DNA of 64,000 nt from a virus (lineage: Duplodnaviria > Caudoviricetes). Under the pieces are notes generated by a model. It was given only the letters and a program-made list of their open reading frames with translations, made no database searches and had not been told where the DNA came from. The DNA is taken from positions 1-64,000 of the IMG/VR virus record IMGVR_UViG_3300002895_000002; one strand, 5' to 3'. Of this stretch, positions 1 to 9,703 are shown piece by piece. Each line of letters starts with the position of its first letter. Position 1 is the first letter of the stretch. Made by a program: the position numbers and the translations under genes.

Positions 1-1
1 C

Positions 2-598
2 ATCCCAGTCACCGATGAGGAGAGAATCCAGAACATCCCGGAGATCTGCGAGGAGCTCAGGGGGCAGGAAGCCTGGATCACCCAGAAGGATGACGGCACG
101 TCCGCAAGCTATGTGATAGATCTGGACGGCACGTTCCTGGCCTGCTCCAGGAACAACGCCCGGAAGGACGGGGACAACGTCTACTGGAACCTGGCCAGGA
201 AGTACAACATCCCGGTCATCCTCGAACAGTTCCCGCTCTTCGCCATTCAGGGTGAGGCAGTCGGCCCGGGTATCCAGAAGAACCGGCTTGGCCTCAGCTC
301 CCACGAGTTGCATGTGTTCAACGTGGTGAACATCAGCACCAGGATGCCGCTCGACTACCCGGACATGGCTGACTTTTGCCGGGAGGTCGGTCTCATCCCT
401 GTTACCCTCATCGAGCATGTGAAGGACTTCCAGTACAGCCCAGAGGATCTGCTCCGGCTTGCAGAAGGAAAGTACCCATCTGGTCAGGAGAGGGAAGGCA
501 TCGTCATCCGGGGCAGAGGCAAGTCCACAGTCCGCGGCGGTGACTGGATGTCGTTCAAGGCCATCAGTGATAAGTTCTTGATGAAAAATAATGAATAA
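2..598 (+). CDS. RNA ligase (Rnl2/DRB0094-like), 5' end outside window
   Basis: Frame is open from base 2 (IPVTDEERIQN...ITQKDDGTSASY). Nucleotidyltransferase motif I KxDGTS, plus QGEAVG, EGIVIR and SFKAIS motifs. Confidence 0.85.
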   Translation: MPVTDEERIQNIPEICEELRGQEAWITQKDDGTSASYVIDLDGTFLACSRNNARKDGDNVYWNLARKYNIPVILEQFPLFAIQGEAVGPGIQKNRLGLSSHELHVFNVVNISTRMPLDYPDMADFCREVGLIPVTLIEHVKDFQYSPEDLLRLAEGKYPSGQEREGIVIRGRGKSTVRGGDWMSFKAISDKFLMKNNE

Positions 599-1424
599 TT
601 ATTTTGCTTTGCATTTTTCACCGTGGTGTTTTTTATAATTTCCTGGGTCTAGTAATCGATGACAATATGGACATTCCTGTTTTTGTACTTTTGCTAGACC
701 ATCTTTTATTTTCTGTTTATGATGCAATAGTTCTTCAGGTGACATCGCGTTGACTTTATCACGCATTATTTGGGCTTGATGCAACTTTTTTTCTATTGGC
801 ATGTTTTTTGCTCGTTCTTTTATTTTAGCAACATGCTCAGGCGATTTTGTTTTACCTTTGAGACTTGCTGATACCTTTGCACCATGACCACTGTGTTTTG
901 GTTTTCTGAGTTTTTGTTTCTGTTCTTCGGTAAATGTTCTTCCTGTCAATAACTCGGAATGTTTTTTCTTTGCTTCTTCTGTCCATTTTGCTTTTGTTAT
1001 TTCACTTTGTCTTTTCTTTCTTTCAGGTGTCCATGCTTTCTTTTGTGATTCGGATACTTTGGTTCTAAACTCGGTGCTTGACCACATTGTTGATGATGCA
1101 TTACTTATTTTTTTGCTTTGCTTCATCACTCAATAGTCCCCAACCTATTCGATGATAATAGCAACTTTTATTCAATAAACGGTGATCGCCCCAATGTTGA
1201 AGGATGTTATTTTGTTCATAAATGTATGCTTCTTCTTTGTTTACACTTTGAAAAATGATAGAAGCATAACATGGTTCCTTAGAAAGCAAACGATGTTTTA
1301 CTTCTTTTGATGATGTAAAGTATGTGATAAGAAAATCATCATTTGGGTTATTTTTCGTTCCACGATAACCGAAATAGAAAGTACCGTCTTCGAAAACTAT
1401 TATATAACTATACCAGGTTTTCAT
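599..1424 (-). pseudogene. Free-standing homing endonuclease (Seg/GIY-YIG-like N-terminus plus NUMOD3 repeats), +1 frameshift in an A7 run at 1108-1114
   Basis: MKTWYSYIIVFEDGTFYFGYRG...YFTSS N-terminus. Removing one A joins EAKQK to ISNASS and the NUMOD3-like repeats. GGAGG RBS and TATAAATA lie upstream on the - strand. AT-rich. Confidence 0.75.
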
Positions 1425-1498
1425 AATGTTTTCCTCCATTACTATTTATAAATCGTCACCCATTTTCAATGGTTTTCTCATCAAGGGTGGGGACTGAT

Positions 1499-1576
1499 AT
1501 GCACGTCGGTCTTCTGATACTCGCTGGATGCATCATAGGAGCATCGGTGTTCTACTGGTACATTTCAAGAAACTAG
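1499..1576 (+). CDS. Small hydrophobic peptide (MHVGLLILAGCIIGASVFYWYISRN)
   Basis: Manual translation; single TM-like segment; starts right after the displaced ligase tail. Confidence 0.35.
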   Translation: MHVGLLILAGCIIGASVFYWYISRN

Positions 1577-1630
1577 CGGGGTGTGAATCCACGAATCGCC
1601 TAGGGGACAACGGCGAGAGGAGAGTGTAAC

Positions 1631-1915
1631 ATGGCAGGTACGCAGAAGGAAGGGATGGAGAAGTTGGTAGAAGAGGTGATGAGGTTGTCGGCGGAGCTGG
1701 ATGAGCTGAAGACGAGGTCATCCGCCATCTCATGTGCAGCACCCGACCCGGAGTTCCGGAAGTTCGACCTGGAGGTGTGCAAGCAGGAAGTCTACCGGAG
1801 AAACCTGGAGGTGCTCATCTCCATCAGAAAAATCGCCGACCTGGACTTCAATGTCAAGAAGCCGATCGACGACAAGATCATGGTCGGCATTCGGGCTCTG
1901 AAATTTAATATCTAA
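1631..1915 (+). CDS. Hypothetical protein
   Basis: ORF with GAGGAG RBS and phage-like codon usage. Confidence 0.6.
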   Translation: MAGTQKEGMEKLVEEVMRLSAELDELKTRSSAISCAAPDPEFRKFDLEVCKQEVYRRNLEVLISIRKIADLDFNVKKPIDDKIMVGIRALKFNI

Positions 1916-1927
1916 TCAATTCTTTTC

Positions 1928-1956
1928 TTGACACCAAACCCCCTTCATGTTATTAT
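1928..1956 (+). promoter_or_regulatory. Sigma70-type early promoter TTGACA-N17-(TG)TATTAT, representative of about 25 copies
   Basis: Same pattern near 8353, 9648, 10238, 14688, 15873, 16802, 23508, 26347, 27551, 32019, 33885, 41372, 44295, 45275, 46976, 47799, 49012, 51223, 54233, 54774, 59168 and 61907 (approximate), each ahead of a + strand gene. Confidence 0.8.
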
Positions 1957-1984
1957 GGAAACATAATACAGAAGGGGGTTTAAC

Positions 1985-2194
1985 ATGATACGCGAACAAT
2001 TCAACCTCAACAAAGTAGAGTTCTACAAAGAGCAATGTGCGACTGTCTTTATTGATGGAATGCATTATGCGTTTGAGGAAGCTGATTTTGAAGAGCAGTT
2101 GATTTACGTTTCAACGAAAGACGGGGAACTTTACCCGGCTCTCATCGAAGAAGTTGAGTTTGTGGAATATACGGTGCTCCGTGATGTGGAATAA
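1985..2194 (+). CDS. Hypothetical protein
   Basis: ORF after promoter and GGGG RBS. Confidence 0.6.
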   Translation: MIREQFNLNKVEFYKEQCATVFIDGMHYAFEEADFEEQLIYVSTKDGELYPALIEEVEFVEYTVLRDVE

Positions 2195-2277
2195 AGACTG
2201 CCTAGGATGCGGTCAGGAATGCCGTAAGCCTTGCCCATTCTTCAAAGAGCTTCAACGAGAAGTCAAGGAGGCTAACG

Positions 2278-2487
2278 ATGATTCGCGTAGAAAGTGAACC
2301 GGCTGGGGCAGGTCCTCCCTATGAGCGGTGTTGCTTCTGCCGCAAGCCGACCAACACCTGGTACAAACCCAAGGACGTCGCGGTCTGTCCGACATGTGCT
2401 GGGAGAGCAAACCCAGTGGATGTTCCCAGTAAGGCAGAGTGGTGCCGTCGGGAACGCATTGCCACTCCAACGATAGGAGATTTCTAA
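2278..2487 (+). CDS. Small Cys-rich hypothetical protein
   Basis: CCFC...CPTC motifs; GGAGG RBS. Confidence 0.55.
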   Translation: MIRVESEPAGAGPPYERCCFCRKPTNTWYKPKDVAVCPTCAGRANPVDVPSKAEWCRRERIATPTIGDF

Positions 2488-2660
2488 TGGAAAAGAAGCG
2501 CGTTCAGATGGTGAACTGGTATTTCGGCCTGCGTACCTTCTACGGATCTACCGGGTTTGCCGTGCCGTTCGTTGATGCAGGGAATGGCGTATCTGTGCTC
2601 ATGGGGAACACCATCGGCCATCCCAAGCTCGGCCTTGACTGCGCGCAGAGTACGTCATGA
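2487..2660 (+). CDS. Hypothetical protein
   Basis: MEKKRVQM start overlaps the previous stop; RBS present. Confidence 0.5.
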   Translation: MEKKRVQMVNWYFGLRTFYGSTGFAVPFVDAGNGVSVLMGNTIGHPKLGLDCAQSTS

Positions 2661-2845
2661 CCTCCAAGGTGCTCCGTGTGAACTTCTTCGGCCGTGAAGT
2701 GGAAACGCCGAACACCATCTACGAGCTCGTCGGTGAACCCCGGGCTGACTGGCTGCTGTGGCTTCACATGAACGATCACCTCATCGAAGGCGTGAACGTG
2801 ACTGAGGAGGAGATCGCTGATCTTCCAGAGGAGGATGTCGAATGA
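2657..2845 (+). CDS. Hypothetical protein
   Basis: ATGA-coupled ORF. Confidence 0.55.
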   Translation: MTSKVLRVNFFGREVETPNTIYELVGEPRADWLLWLHMNDHLIEGVNVTEEEIADLPEEDVE

Positions 2846-3480
2846 TCGTTATGGTTTCCGGTAAGAGCGGTGCAGGGAAGGACGCATTCGCTGAGATCGC
2901 TTCAGTCGGTCCATTCGACCGCTGTTCGGCTGGGGATGTCTGCAAGCACGAGGTGCGCCTCTTCCTGGATGGGTTCAACATCTGCGGACGTGATGCCAAC
3001 TACCACGGCACCCTGGAGGAGAAACTCGAGACCGCCTTCTACTCCACTGAGCACATCTTCGACCGCTTCCCATATCCCCTGAAGACCCGCATCATCAAGG
3101 CCACTGATAACCGACCGACAGCCGCCGTTACCTTCCGGGATGTCATGGCTGCATGGGCTCGCTGGAAGACCGAGGACATCGACCCAATGTACTTCGTCAG
3201 CCGGATGTTGGAAACCCTCGACCCCTTCCAGGACTATGTGATGACTGACTTCCGCTTTGAGGCAGAGTGGCGGTTCCTCAGAGACAAGACTGACGTGCTG
3301 ACAGTCCGCATAGACCGCCCCTCCACTGACCAGAAGATACCCTCAGGGTCAATCGACTGTCTTCTGGATGACTTCAAGCATTGGGACTACAGGATATACA
3401 ACAACAGCGGGCTCCGTTACTTCGAAGCAGCAGCAAAAGCAGTGATTAATGACATCTCTGATAAGTTCAGCATCATCTAG
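2842..3480 (+). CDS. Deoxynucleoside monophosphate kinase-like P-loop protein
   Basis: VSGKSGAGKD Walker A and MTDFRFEAE (DxRF) motif typical of the T4 gp1 family. Confidence 0.75.
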   Translation: MIVMVSGKSGAGKDAFAEIASVGPFDRCSAGDVCKHEVRLFLDGFNICGRDANYHGTLEEKLETAFYSTEHIFDRFPYPLKTRIIKATDNRPTAAVTFRDVMAAWARWKTEDIDPMYFVSRMLETLDPFQDYVMTDFRFEAEWRFLRDKTDVLTVRIDRPSTDQKIPSGSIDCLLDDFKHWDYRIYNNSGLRYFEAAAKAVINDISDKFSII

Positions 3481-3550
3481 CAAGTTTTCGTTCTGTGATA
3501 AATAGATATGTGGTCTTCCCGGATGGAAATCCCAACCGAGGAGAAACAAA

Positions 3551-4123
3551 TTGAGAAAAGCCACACTCGCGGTTCTGTTCACTATCATGTTCTGCGTCCT
3601 TCAGCCGTGCCAAACTTCCGTGGCAAACGTAGCCGTGAAAAGTTTCGATAAGATTGATTGGTACATGTCTTATGAGAAACGATTTGAGCAGCACCCAAGT
3701 GAAGTCCTGAAATTAACGAGTAAGGTTGAGAAGCTGAAGGAAAAGTATCACCTACTCTATAAAGATCAGGCCGACTTGATCGAAACTGTGACGCTCATCG
3801 TTGCATACGCCGACAAGACGTTCACCCCTTACGATCTGGCACCGCTGATTGGGGTGGAAAGCAAGTTCAAACGTACCGCACGCTCTAGGGTAGGGGCAAA
3901 GGGCCTAACCCAGCTCATGGATGAGTGGCAAAAAGAGCTACCGTACCTAAAGGACCCATACAACAAAGAACAGGCCATTCGGGCCTGTGTCGAAGTCCTT
4001 CACATTAAGAAGGGCAAAGGATCCAAAAACAAAGCATTCGAGAGATACAACGGTGCTGGACCTAAAGCAAGGCAATATGTCCGGGAAATCCGTAAGTTCC
4101 GCAGGGACCTCTTGAAGGCATAG
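3551..4123 (+). CDS. Lytic transglycosylase (SLT domain) with N-terminal signal/TM segment
   Basis: IGVESKF catalytic Glu motif, GAKGLTQLM, RYNG; late promoter ATAAATA at about 3498. Confidence 0.85.
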   Translation: MRKATLAVLFTIMFCVLQPCQTSVANVAVKSFDKIDWYMSYEKRFEQHPSEVLKLTSKVEKLKEKYHLLYKDQADLIETVTLIVAYADKTFTPYDLAPLIGVESKFKRTARSRVGAKGLTQLMDEWQKELPYLKDPYNKEQAIRACVEVLHIKKGKGSKNKAFERYNGAGPKARQYVREIRKFRRDLLKA

Positions 4124-4150
4124 ACAGTCAATCTTTTCGAGAAGACCACA

Positions 4151-4753
4151 CTATTTTTCATGAGACTTTATATGTCTAGAAAGCCAGGTTTTTCCAGAAA
4201 CAATTTTTCTGCATATTGGACACGCAAGTTTTTCTTTTGACTTACCTTTTTGCCAGGCTGACATTTTTTCTTTAGCTTCGGTTGAACGAGTTTTGCCGGT
4301 ATTTGATGCTGCTATTTTTTCCTTATGTTCGTTTGATCTATTTTTTGCTTTTTCTGACATTTTCATTTTTGCTTCTACAGATTTAGTTTTTCCTTTCAAT
4401 GATCCGGCTATCTTTTGTTTCGTTTCGTTTGAATGAGAATAGTCCAATGTTGATTTTATCCATGAATAGTTTTTTGATGAAAGTTTTCTACATTCGGACA
4501 TCATCCCAAATGCAAATGCCATCATTGGACCTTTGACTTTGTGATGTCGCCATATACGTGCAAGAAGTAGATGGGCTACAAAATGCTCCCGAAGAGGCAA
4601 ATTTACTCGATTCCAAGATCCATCAATATCATCTATACCATCGATCTTAGCAAATGACTTTGGAATGATATGGTGGCTGTTAGTATATGACTTGATTTTT
4701 GGATGATCTTTGTACTTGGCGATAAGACGGTCGTAGATTGCTTGGTAATCCAT
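4151..4753 (-). CDS. HNH homing endonuclease, family copy 1 (NUMOD3 C-terminus)
   Basis: HHIIPK...WNRVNLPLREHFVAHLLL HNH core; HSNETKQKI NUMOD3 repeats. Confidence 0.85.
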   Translation of the reverse strand: MDYQAIYDRLIAKYKDHPKIKSYTNSHHIIPKSFAKIDGIDDIDGSWNRVNLPLREHFVAHLLLARIWRHHKVKGPMMAFAFGMMSECRKLSSKNYSWIKSTLDYSHSNETKQKIAGSLKGKTKSVEAKMKMSEKAKNRSNEHKEKIAASNTGKTRSTEAKEKMSAWQKGKSKEKLACPICRKIVSGKTWLSRHIKSHEK

Positions 4754-4774
4754 AGAGATTGTCTCCTGTCAGAC

Positions 4775-4862
4775 ATAAATAGGTGTGAGTAGGGACAGCG
4801 GTTCCTGTGCCGTTGCTGATGTGCCACTAACACTCAGCTTACCTGCTCAATGTTATTTATAA
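4775..4862 (+). ncRNA. HEG-associated three-way-junction element, copy E1
   Basis: P1 GAGUAGG/CCUGCUC, GA, P2 CAGCGG/CCGUUG with loop UUCCUGUG, P3 CUGA/UCAG, CUUA. ATAAATA on + at the left end and TATTTAT at the right end. Confidence 0.8.
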
Positions 4863-4896
4863 AGAAAAACTCAAAACCTACTAAAGGAGATCAAAC

Positions 4897-5400
4897 GTGA
4901 ACAATTTCAAAACCGCTCTCACCACCCTCAACGAAGCCAAAAACATCGAAGACTTCATCATGAACGCAGGTGAGGGTGACTATGGTACTGTTCACCCTTC
5001 ACATAATCACAAATCCCTCACTGCAATCTATCATGCTGTTGGTGGTGATGACAAACACCCTGAGCTCAAGAAGATGGTTGCTGATCCCGAGCATGCCAAG
5101 ACAGTGATCGCCGCCAAGAAGGCTGAGGATAAGAAGGCCGCACCGAAAGCCCCCAAGGCACCGAAAGCAGACAAAGGACCTTCGGACACAATGACCAAGG
5201 GTGAGTATAAGAAAACCGTCAGGGATGCTGCAAAGGGGTGGAAAGCAGACAACCCGGGCGAAAATCTCAGCCAAGTTGCTCATGATCTGGCTCATGCAAT
5301 GCTCACCGACCCGAGGCTTCACAATCACATCAAGAAGCATTACGGGACCACTTCCAAAGAGCACGCTGCTCAGATTGTGGCGGATGACCTGTATAATTAA
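4897..5400 (+). CDS. Putative internal head protein (capsid-targeting-like N-terminus)
   Basis: MNNFKTALTTLNE start, Lys/Ala-rich, late context. Confidence 0.5.
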   Translation: MNNFKTALTTLNEAKNIEDFIMNAGEGDYGTVHPSHNHKSLTAIYHAVGGDDKHPELKKMVADPEHAKTVIAAKKAEDKKAAPKAPKAPKADKGPSDTMTKGEYKKTVRDAAKGWKADNPGENLSQVAHDLAHAMLTDPRLHNHIKKHYGTTSKEHAAQIVADDLYN

Positions 5401-5432
5401 GACTTGATAAATAACATCATGGGGAATTTACT

Positions 5433-5720
5433 ATGAGCCATTTCAATAAATTAAAGAGTCTTCTAAACGAAGATCGATGGAAAGATGCCTGGTTTGCTGA
5501 AGAAAAAGCAAATAAATCCAATCATCCCGACGACCACTATGACGCTGCGGTAAAATATATGCATGCCGCAGCTGAAGCAAACGGTATGGGTGCCAGCGTT
5601 CAGGAGATGTCATACCGGAACAAAGCTGCCATACACCTCAAAAAGTCAGGGAAATCTGAGATTGCTAAGGAACATCTTCCTTCTGTTGGGAGACCGCACA
5701 ATTACTCAATGGATTACTAA
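5433..5720 (+). CDS. Putative internal head protein
   Basis: MSHFNKLKSLLNE start; ATAAATA at about 5408. Confidence 0.5.
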   Translation: MSHFNKLKSLLNEDRWKDAWFAEEKANKSNHPDDHYDAAVKYMHAAAEANGMGASVQEMSYRNKAAIHLKKSGKSEIAKEHLPSVGRPHNYSMDY

Positions 5721-5737
5721 CCCACAGGAACATTATC

Positions 5738-6304
5738 ATGGCACTTGATTTTTCTATTGACAAGGAAGAGAAGAGAGGGAAGCCGGGCACTCTTCATGAA
5801 AATGATAACGCCAATCTTGGCATGAAACAACCCGTCGCTGACATGCTCTCCGAACAGATGGGGATGGAGCTTGAGAGCTCACAGATCTACATCGGCATGG
5901 CTGTGTGGTGTGATCAAGTGTCGTTGCTTGGTGCTTCCTCCTGGTTCATGAAACAAGGGGCCGAGGAGTACACTCACTATCAGAAGCTCTTGGCGTTCGC
6001 TATGGACTGTGGTAACTCCATCACTCTGCATCCAATCAACGGTGTAGAGACGGAATTTGATAGCCTGCTGGACTGTTTTGCGAAGACGGTTGAGCATGAG
6101 AAGACCGTCTGGCGTTCGCTCCAGAAGATATATGACGCCGCTCTCAAGGCCAATGACGTTGAGGTTCGTGTCCTGCTTGAGGGCTTCCTCCAGGAGCAGA
6201 TCGAGGAAGTTCGTACAGTGACGAATGTTTATAATAGGCTTAAACTTGTTGGTACTGATGGTACCGGCATTTTATTGATAGATCAAGAGCTAGGAAAACG
6301 ATAA
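5738..6304 (+). CDS. ftnA: Ferritin (non-heme, FtnA-like)
   Basis: Ferroxidase-type motifs EQMGMELESSQIY, EEYTH, HEKTV, FLQEQIEE. Confidence 0.85.
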   Translation: MALDFSIDKEEKRGKPGTLHENDNANLGMKQPVADMLSEQMGMELESSQIYIGMAVWCDQVSLLGASSWFMKQGAEEYTHYQKLLAFAMDCGNSITLHPINGVETEFDSLLDCFAKTVEHEKTVWRSLQKIYDAALKANDVEVRVLLEGFLQEQIEEVRTVTNVYNRLKLVGTDGTGILLIDQELGKR

Positions 6305-6957
6305 GCATTTTTCTATTTTGCTGATATTCTCTCAATTTTTGTTTTCTGCTGTCGGAACATGGTGTTCTTTGTGCGACTTTCCGAGCTTTTGCTGAAGCTG
6401 AAATGTTATTACGATGTTCTTCGGAAAACTGTCTTCCTTTCATTGCCTTAGAACGCAATAACTTTTGTTCTTCTGACATTGGTGCTCTTTTTGAAGTTTT
6501 TGGTTTTCTCATTTTTTCTTTAGTTTCTTCTGTATGCTTGAAGTTCTTTGCTCTTTTAGATATTTCTTCTTTGCGACGTTTTGCTTCTTCAAGACCAAAC
6601 ATTTCTTCGTATGTTTTTCCTTTATACGGAGCATTTTTTGCTGAATTTTTTGATATTTTATTTTTACTTTCAATGGAATGGGTTGAAGTATATTTTCCAC
6701 CCAACGTAAGATTATATGTGTCTATCCGCGATAAGAAATGCTCATCTACTATACATGCTTCCCATTCCAATACATCTTCACGCGATAGACAATAATGAAG
6801 AATAATTCGTTCGAAGTTTTCTTTTCCGTATTTCTTGATTGCCTTTTGAATGGATATCCCTAAACCAAGATAACCATCAAGTTTCCAAGTTGAATGAACA
6901 CCGACATAGATTTTTTTCATTGATGAGATTACGAGTGAGATAAACGATGTGCCACAT
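6240..6957 (-). pseudogene. GIY-YIG (Seg-like) homing endonuclease with NUMOD3 repeats; +1 frameshift in an A7 run at 6911-6917
   Basis: MWHIVYLTRNLINE(K)KIYVGVHST...GYLGLG; GAGGTG RBS before ATG 6957. The 3' end overlaps the ferritin 3' end in antisense. Confidence 0.8.
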
Positions 6958-6969
6958 GATTTCACCTCA

Positions 6970-7059
6970 ATAAATAGACATGGCAGGGACATCAGAGTTT
7001 CACCTCCTCTGTTGGTCATCGATTGCCGTCGTGACCTTACCTGCTATTCTATTTATAAA
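6970..7059 (+). ncRNA. HEG-associated three-way-junction element, copy E2
   Basis: P1 UGGCAGG/CCUGCUA, GA, P2 CAUCAGAG/CUCUGUUG with loop UUUCACCUC, P3 GUCA/UGAC, CUUA; opposed late promoters. Confidence 0.8.
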
Positions 7060-7103
7060 TTTGGAGTGAAAATCATCCTCATTGACCAGGAGCTTGGAAA
7101 ACG

Positions 7104-7491
7104 ATGAAAAATTTTGAGAAAATGATTGGGTTGCTTGAAGGTGTTGACAGAGAGCCAACTGCAGCACAAAAACACAAAGCTAAGATTGACGTTCTCAAGA
7201 AGCTGGGGTATAAGGTTACAGAAAGGGAAAATACCCCCCGGGAATCATAAAGCCTGGCTTTCTCATCCGAAGAGGAGTGATCACGATAGGGATGAGATTA
7301 AATCAGCCATAAGTTCTATCCCGGGATACTCTGCTGAATATGATAAAGGATTCGATCCTGATCGTCTCTATGTTCGTCGGAACGGTCAATCTATCGGACA
7401 CGTTGTTCTTCAAGGCGGTTCCAGTTTGTATGTCGGAACATACAAACACAATGTATCAGGAAAAGAAGCATCTTACGGCTACGATCGATAA
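7104..7491 (+). CDS. Putative internal head protein, apparent frameshift near 7222
   Basis: MKNFEKMIGLLE start at 7104 joins the called ORF (GKIPPGNHKAW...) if one A is removed. Confidence 0.4.
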
Positions 7492-7562
7492 CTAGATGTG
7501 ATATATGAAAAGCATTCCAAGATTCATACGTCAAACAACTTCGAAACAGAGGGCTACTAATA

Positions 7563-7823
7563 ATGAACAACTTTAGCAAACTGAAAACTCTCCTTGAGGA
7601 AACCCAACTCAAAGAGAGTTGGAAGTCATACGACCAAATCGCCGCAAATGCACATAAGGCATCTGAGCGTGCCGAATCCACTAATGACCCGGAAGACCAT
7701 AACTTGGCTGCTCGTCTTCATTCAGCAGCTGGTGTTGTTGCCCAAGGGCTCGGCAAAGTAAAGGAAGCCGAAGAGCACTATGGAAAATCCGAAAAACACG
7801 AAAAGAAATCCTGGGGATATTAA
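7563..7823 (+). CDS. Putative internal head protein, similar to 5433..5720
   Basis: MNNFSKLKTLLEE start; AA.LH..AA helix resembles the 5433 protein. Confidence 0.5.
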   Translation: MNNFSKLKTLLEETQLKESWKSYDQIAANAHKASERAESTNDPEDHNLAARLHSAAGVVAQGLGKVKEAEEHYGKSEKHEKKSWGY

Positions 7824-8271
7824 TGCTTCGGTTCGGTCAATTCATAACCGAAGACAGGGATAGAACAATCCTTACTCATAAGGGCTATTCTGTCATTCAT
7901 TCTGTTCATAGTCGTGAGCAACTCGTGAAGAGAAATCGCGATGAAGGGAAGTTGAACGATCGCCGGACTGACTATCTGTTCCGTAAGGCTGTTGATCACG
8001 CTATCGCTGATCCTTATCTTCACAACAAAGAGGCAATGTTCTACAGCAAGAGCGTTGATCATGCTTTCGTTGGTGCGGTGGATCATGAGAAAAACAAATT
8101 AGGGTTATCACATGGATGCCCCATCGGTCCAAGCATGATCCGCCAAAGGTTGACTGGACACCGCCGCACCCCGAGTGGAACAAAAATATCGTAATCTCCC
8201 AAAACAAGAAGACGGTCCCGGTATTGATGGAGGGTGGGGAACGAGAGATTGAGTTGATTGAGATAGATTAG
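7823..8271 (+). CDS. Hypothetical protein with capsid-targeting-like start, apparent frameshift at about 8096
   Basis: MLRFGQFITE start; adding one A continues as KIRVITWMPHRSK...EIELIEID*. Confidence 0.45.
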
Positions 8272-8302
8272 CCTCACCTGCCAAGCGTAGGAGGAGATAG
8301 AA

Positions 8303-8332
8303 GGTCGCCAGAAATGGCGGCCTTTTCATTTG
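8303..8332 (+). terminator. Rho-independent terminator
   Basis: AAGGTCGCC-AGAAAT-GGCGGCCTT followed by a T-rich tail. Confidence 0.65.
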
Positions 8333-8403
8333 ACGAAAATTTGATAAAAGTGTTGACATCCATCATCAGTTCTGTTATTATGGAAACATAACAAATTGGA
8401 GGA

Positions 8404-8667
8404 ATGAAAATGTTTAGATCTCACGAAGAATACGCCGATTCCCTTATTGACGAAGCATCTGAGATAGTACATCGGCTGCATAGTACCAACCGTGAAGTTT
8501 TCGGTCATGTTGACGAACAACACGCATACGACTTTCTGCGGTTGTTTATCTATAACAAGCCCAAATATAATCATCTTGCTACCGATGATGAGAAACTTGC
8601 TGCTTACGCAGCAGACTGTAATGCTGCCGATAAAGATTCTTACCACAACGCTCGTTACGCTCGATAG
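8404..8667 (+). CDS. Hypothetical early protein
   Basis: Promoter plus GGAGG RBS. Confidence 0.6.
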   Translation: MKMFRSHEEYADSLIDEASEIVHRLHSTNREVFGHVDEQHAYDFLRLFIYNKPKYNHLATDDEKLAAYAADCNAADKDSYHNARYAR

Positions 8668-8920
8668 GAGGTTCACTATGTCCGCTTATGATGAGTACAT
8701 TGCACGACGGAACGAATTTAGGAGACGATTATGATAGTGAATGATAACGGTGAAACGATAAAGGAAAAGAGTTTTCGACTCGACTCCGGGAAGCAGTCGA
8801 GCCAATAATTAATGAAATGGTAGAAGCCGGTACAACCATCCCTGAGATTTACTACCTTTTTGATGGCTTGAAGTTTGAAGGAATGATGAAAGTTCTGGAA
8901 ATGAGATTTGATGGAAAACG

Positions 8921-9175
8921 ATGAAAAAGACCATTGCGGTGACTGTCTACGTGGATGTTGAGGTGGATAAGGGCGGCAAGGAAGCATGCAAGCGGTTCGC
9001 CAAGGAGAGCGTTGTGGTGCTTGACAGAGCCGTTGCTGGCATTCACGGTTCCTTTTTCTCCAAACCATCAGAGAAACCCAAGTCCGCCGAGGTGTTCAGC
9101 GATGGTCACTACAAGAAACCAAAGAAGGAGAAAACGTCATGGCAAACGCAACCGAAAGAATCACTGAGCAGTTGA
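8921..9175 (+). CDS. Hypothetical protein
   Basis: ORF within an early operon. Confidence 0.5.
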   Translation: MKKTIAVTVYVDVEVDKGGKEACKRFAKESVVVLDRAVAGIHGSFFSKPSEKPKSAEVFSDGHYKKPKKEKTSWQTQPKESLSS

Positions 9176-9703
9176 AGGAAGCCGGTTTCCAGTGTGCTGT
9201 AGCTGTCGCCACCGAAGCCGAGATCGCTAACGGCGCCGCCTGTGGTCAGCTGTCGATCATCACGGAGCAGTAACATGCCAACTTACGGAGAGTCAGCAGT
9301 GATGTGCATCTGTGCCGCGTCGATGACCTTAGAGGAGTGTTCCCTCGATTACCACATGACCGGACCGGCAGCGGATATCGACGCCGCGGTGCTTGTCACT
9401 GCTGATCTCCTGGGGTGTCTCAATGAAAGAATCGCCTAATGTCAAGAGTGGATGGTTCACTGATAACCGTAAGCACAAATATCACTTCTACCTTCCCAGC
9501 CTTGACTCAGCCTGTGGAGATTTGGTTCTCTCCAGCAGACCGTCGAAACGCGCACGGGAACTCGGTCTTGGTTTTCAACTCGGTGTACCTGCGGAGAAAT
9601 GCTGCAAGAAATGTCTGAAGGCTCTTGAGGAGATTCAAAAAAGTAGTTGACATTCTCTTTTCCTTCTGTTATTATTGAAACATAATACAGAGGGAGGTAG
9701 ACA

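Noticed and set aside
4775-4862. HEG-associated element as a known self-cleaving ribozyme (hammerhead, twister, HDV/theta)
   Set aside because: No CUGAUGA/GAAA core, no twister signature and no HDV double-pseudoknot pairing found by eye in any copy.
6958-7019. N-terminal HEG extensions through the RNA element (also 28726, 30392, 50988)
   Set aside because: Strong SD and ATG lie downstream, and paralogs start at the conserved Met.
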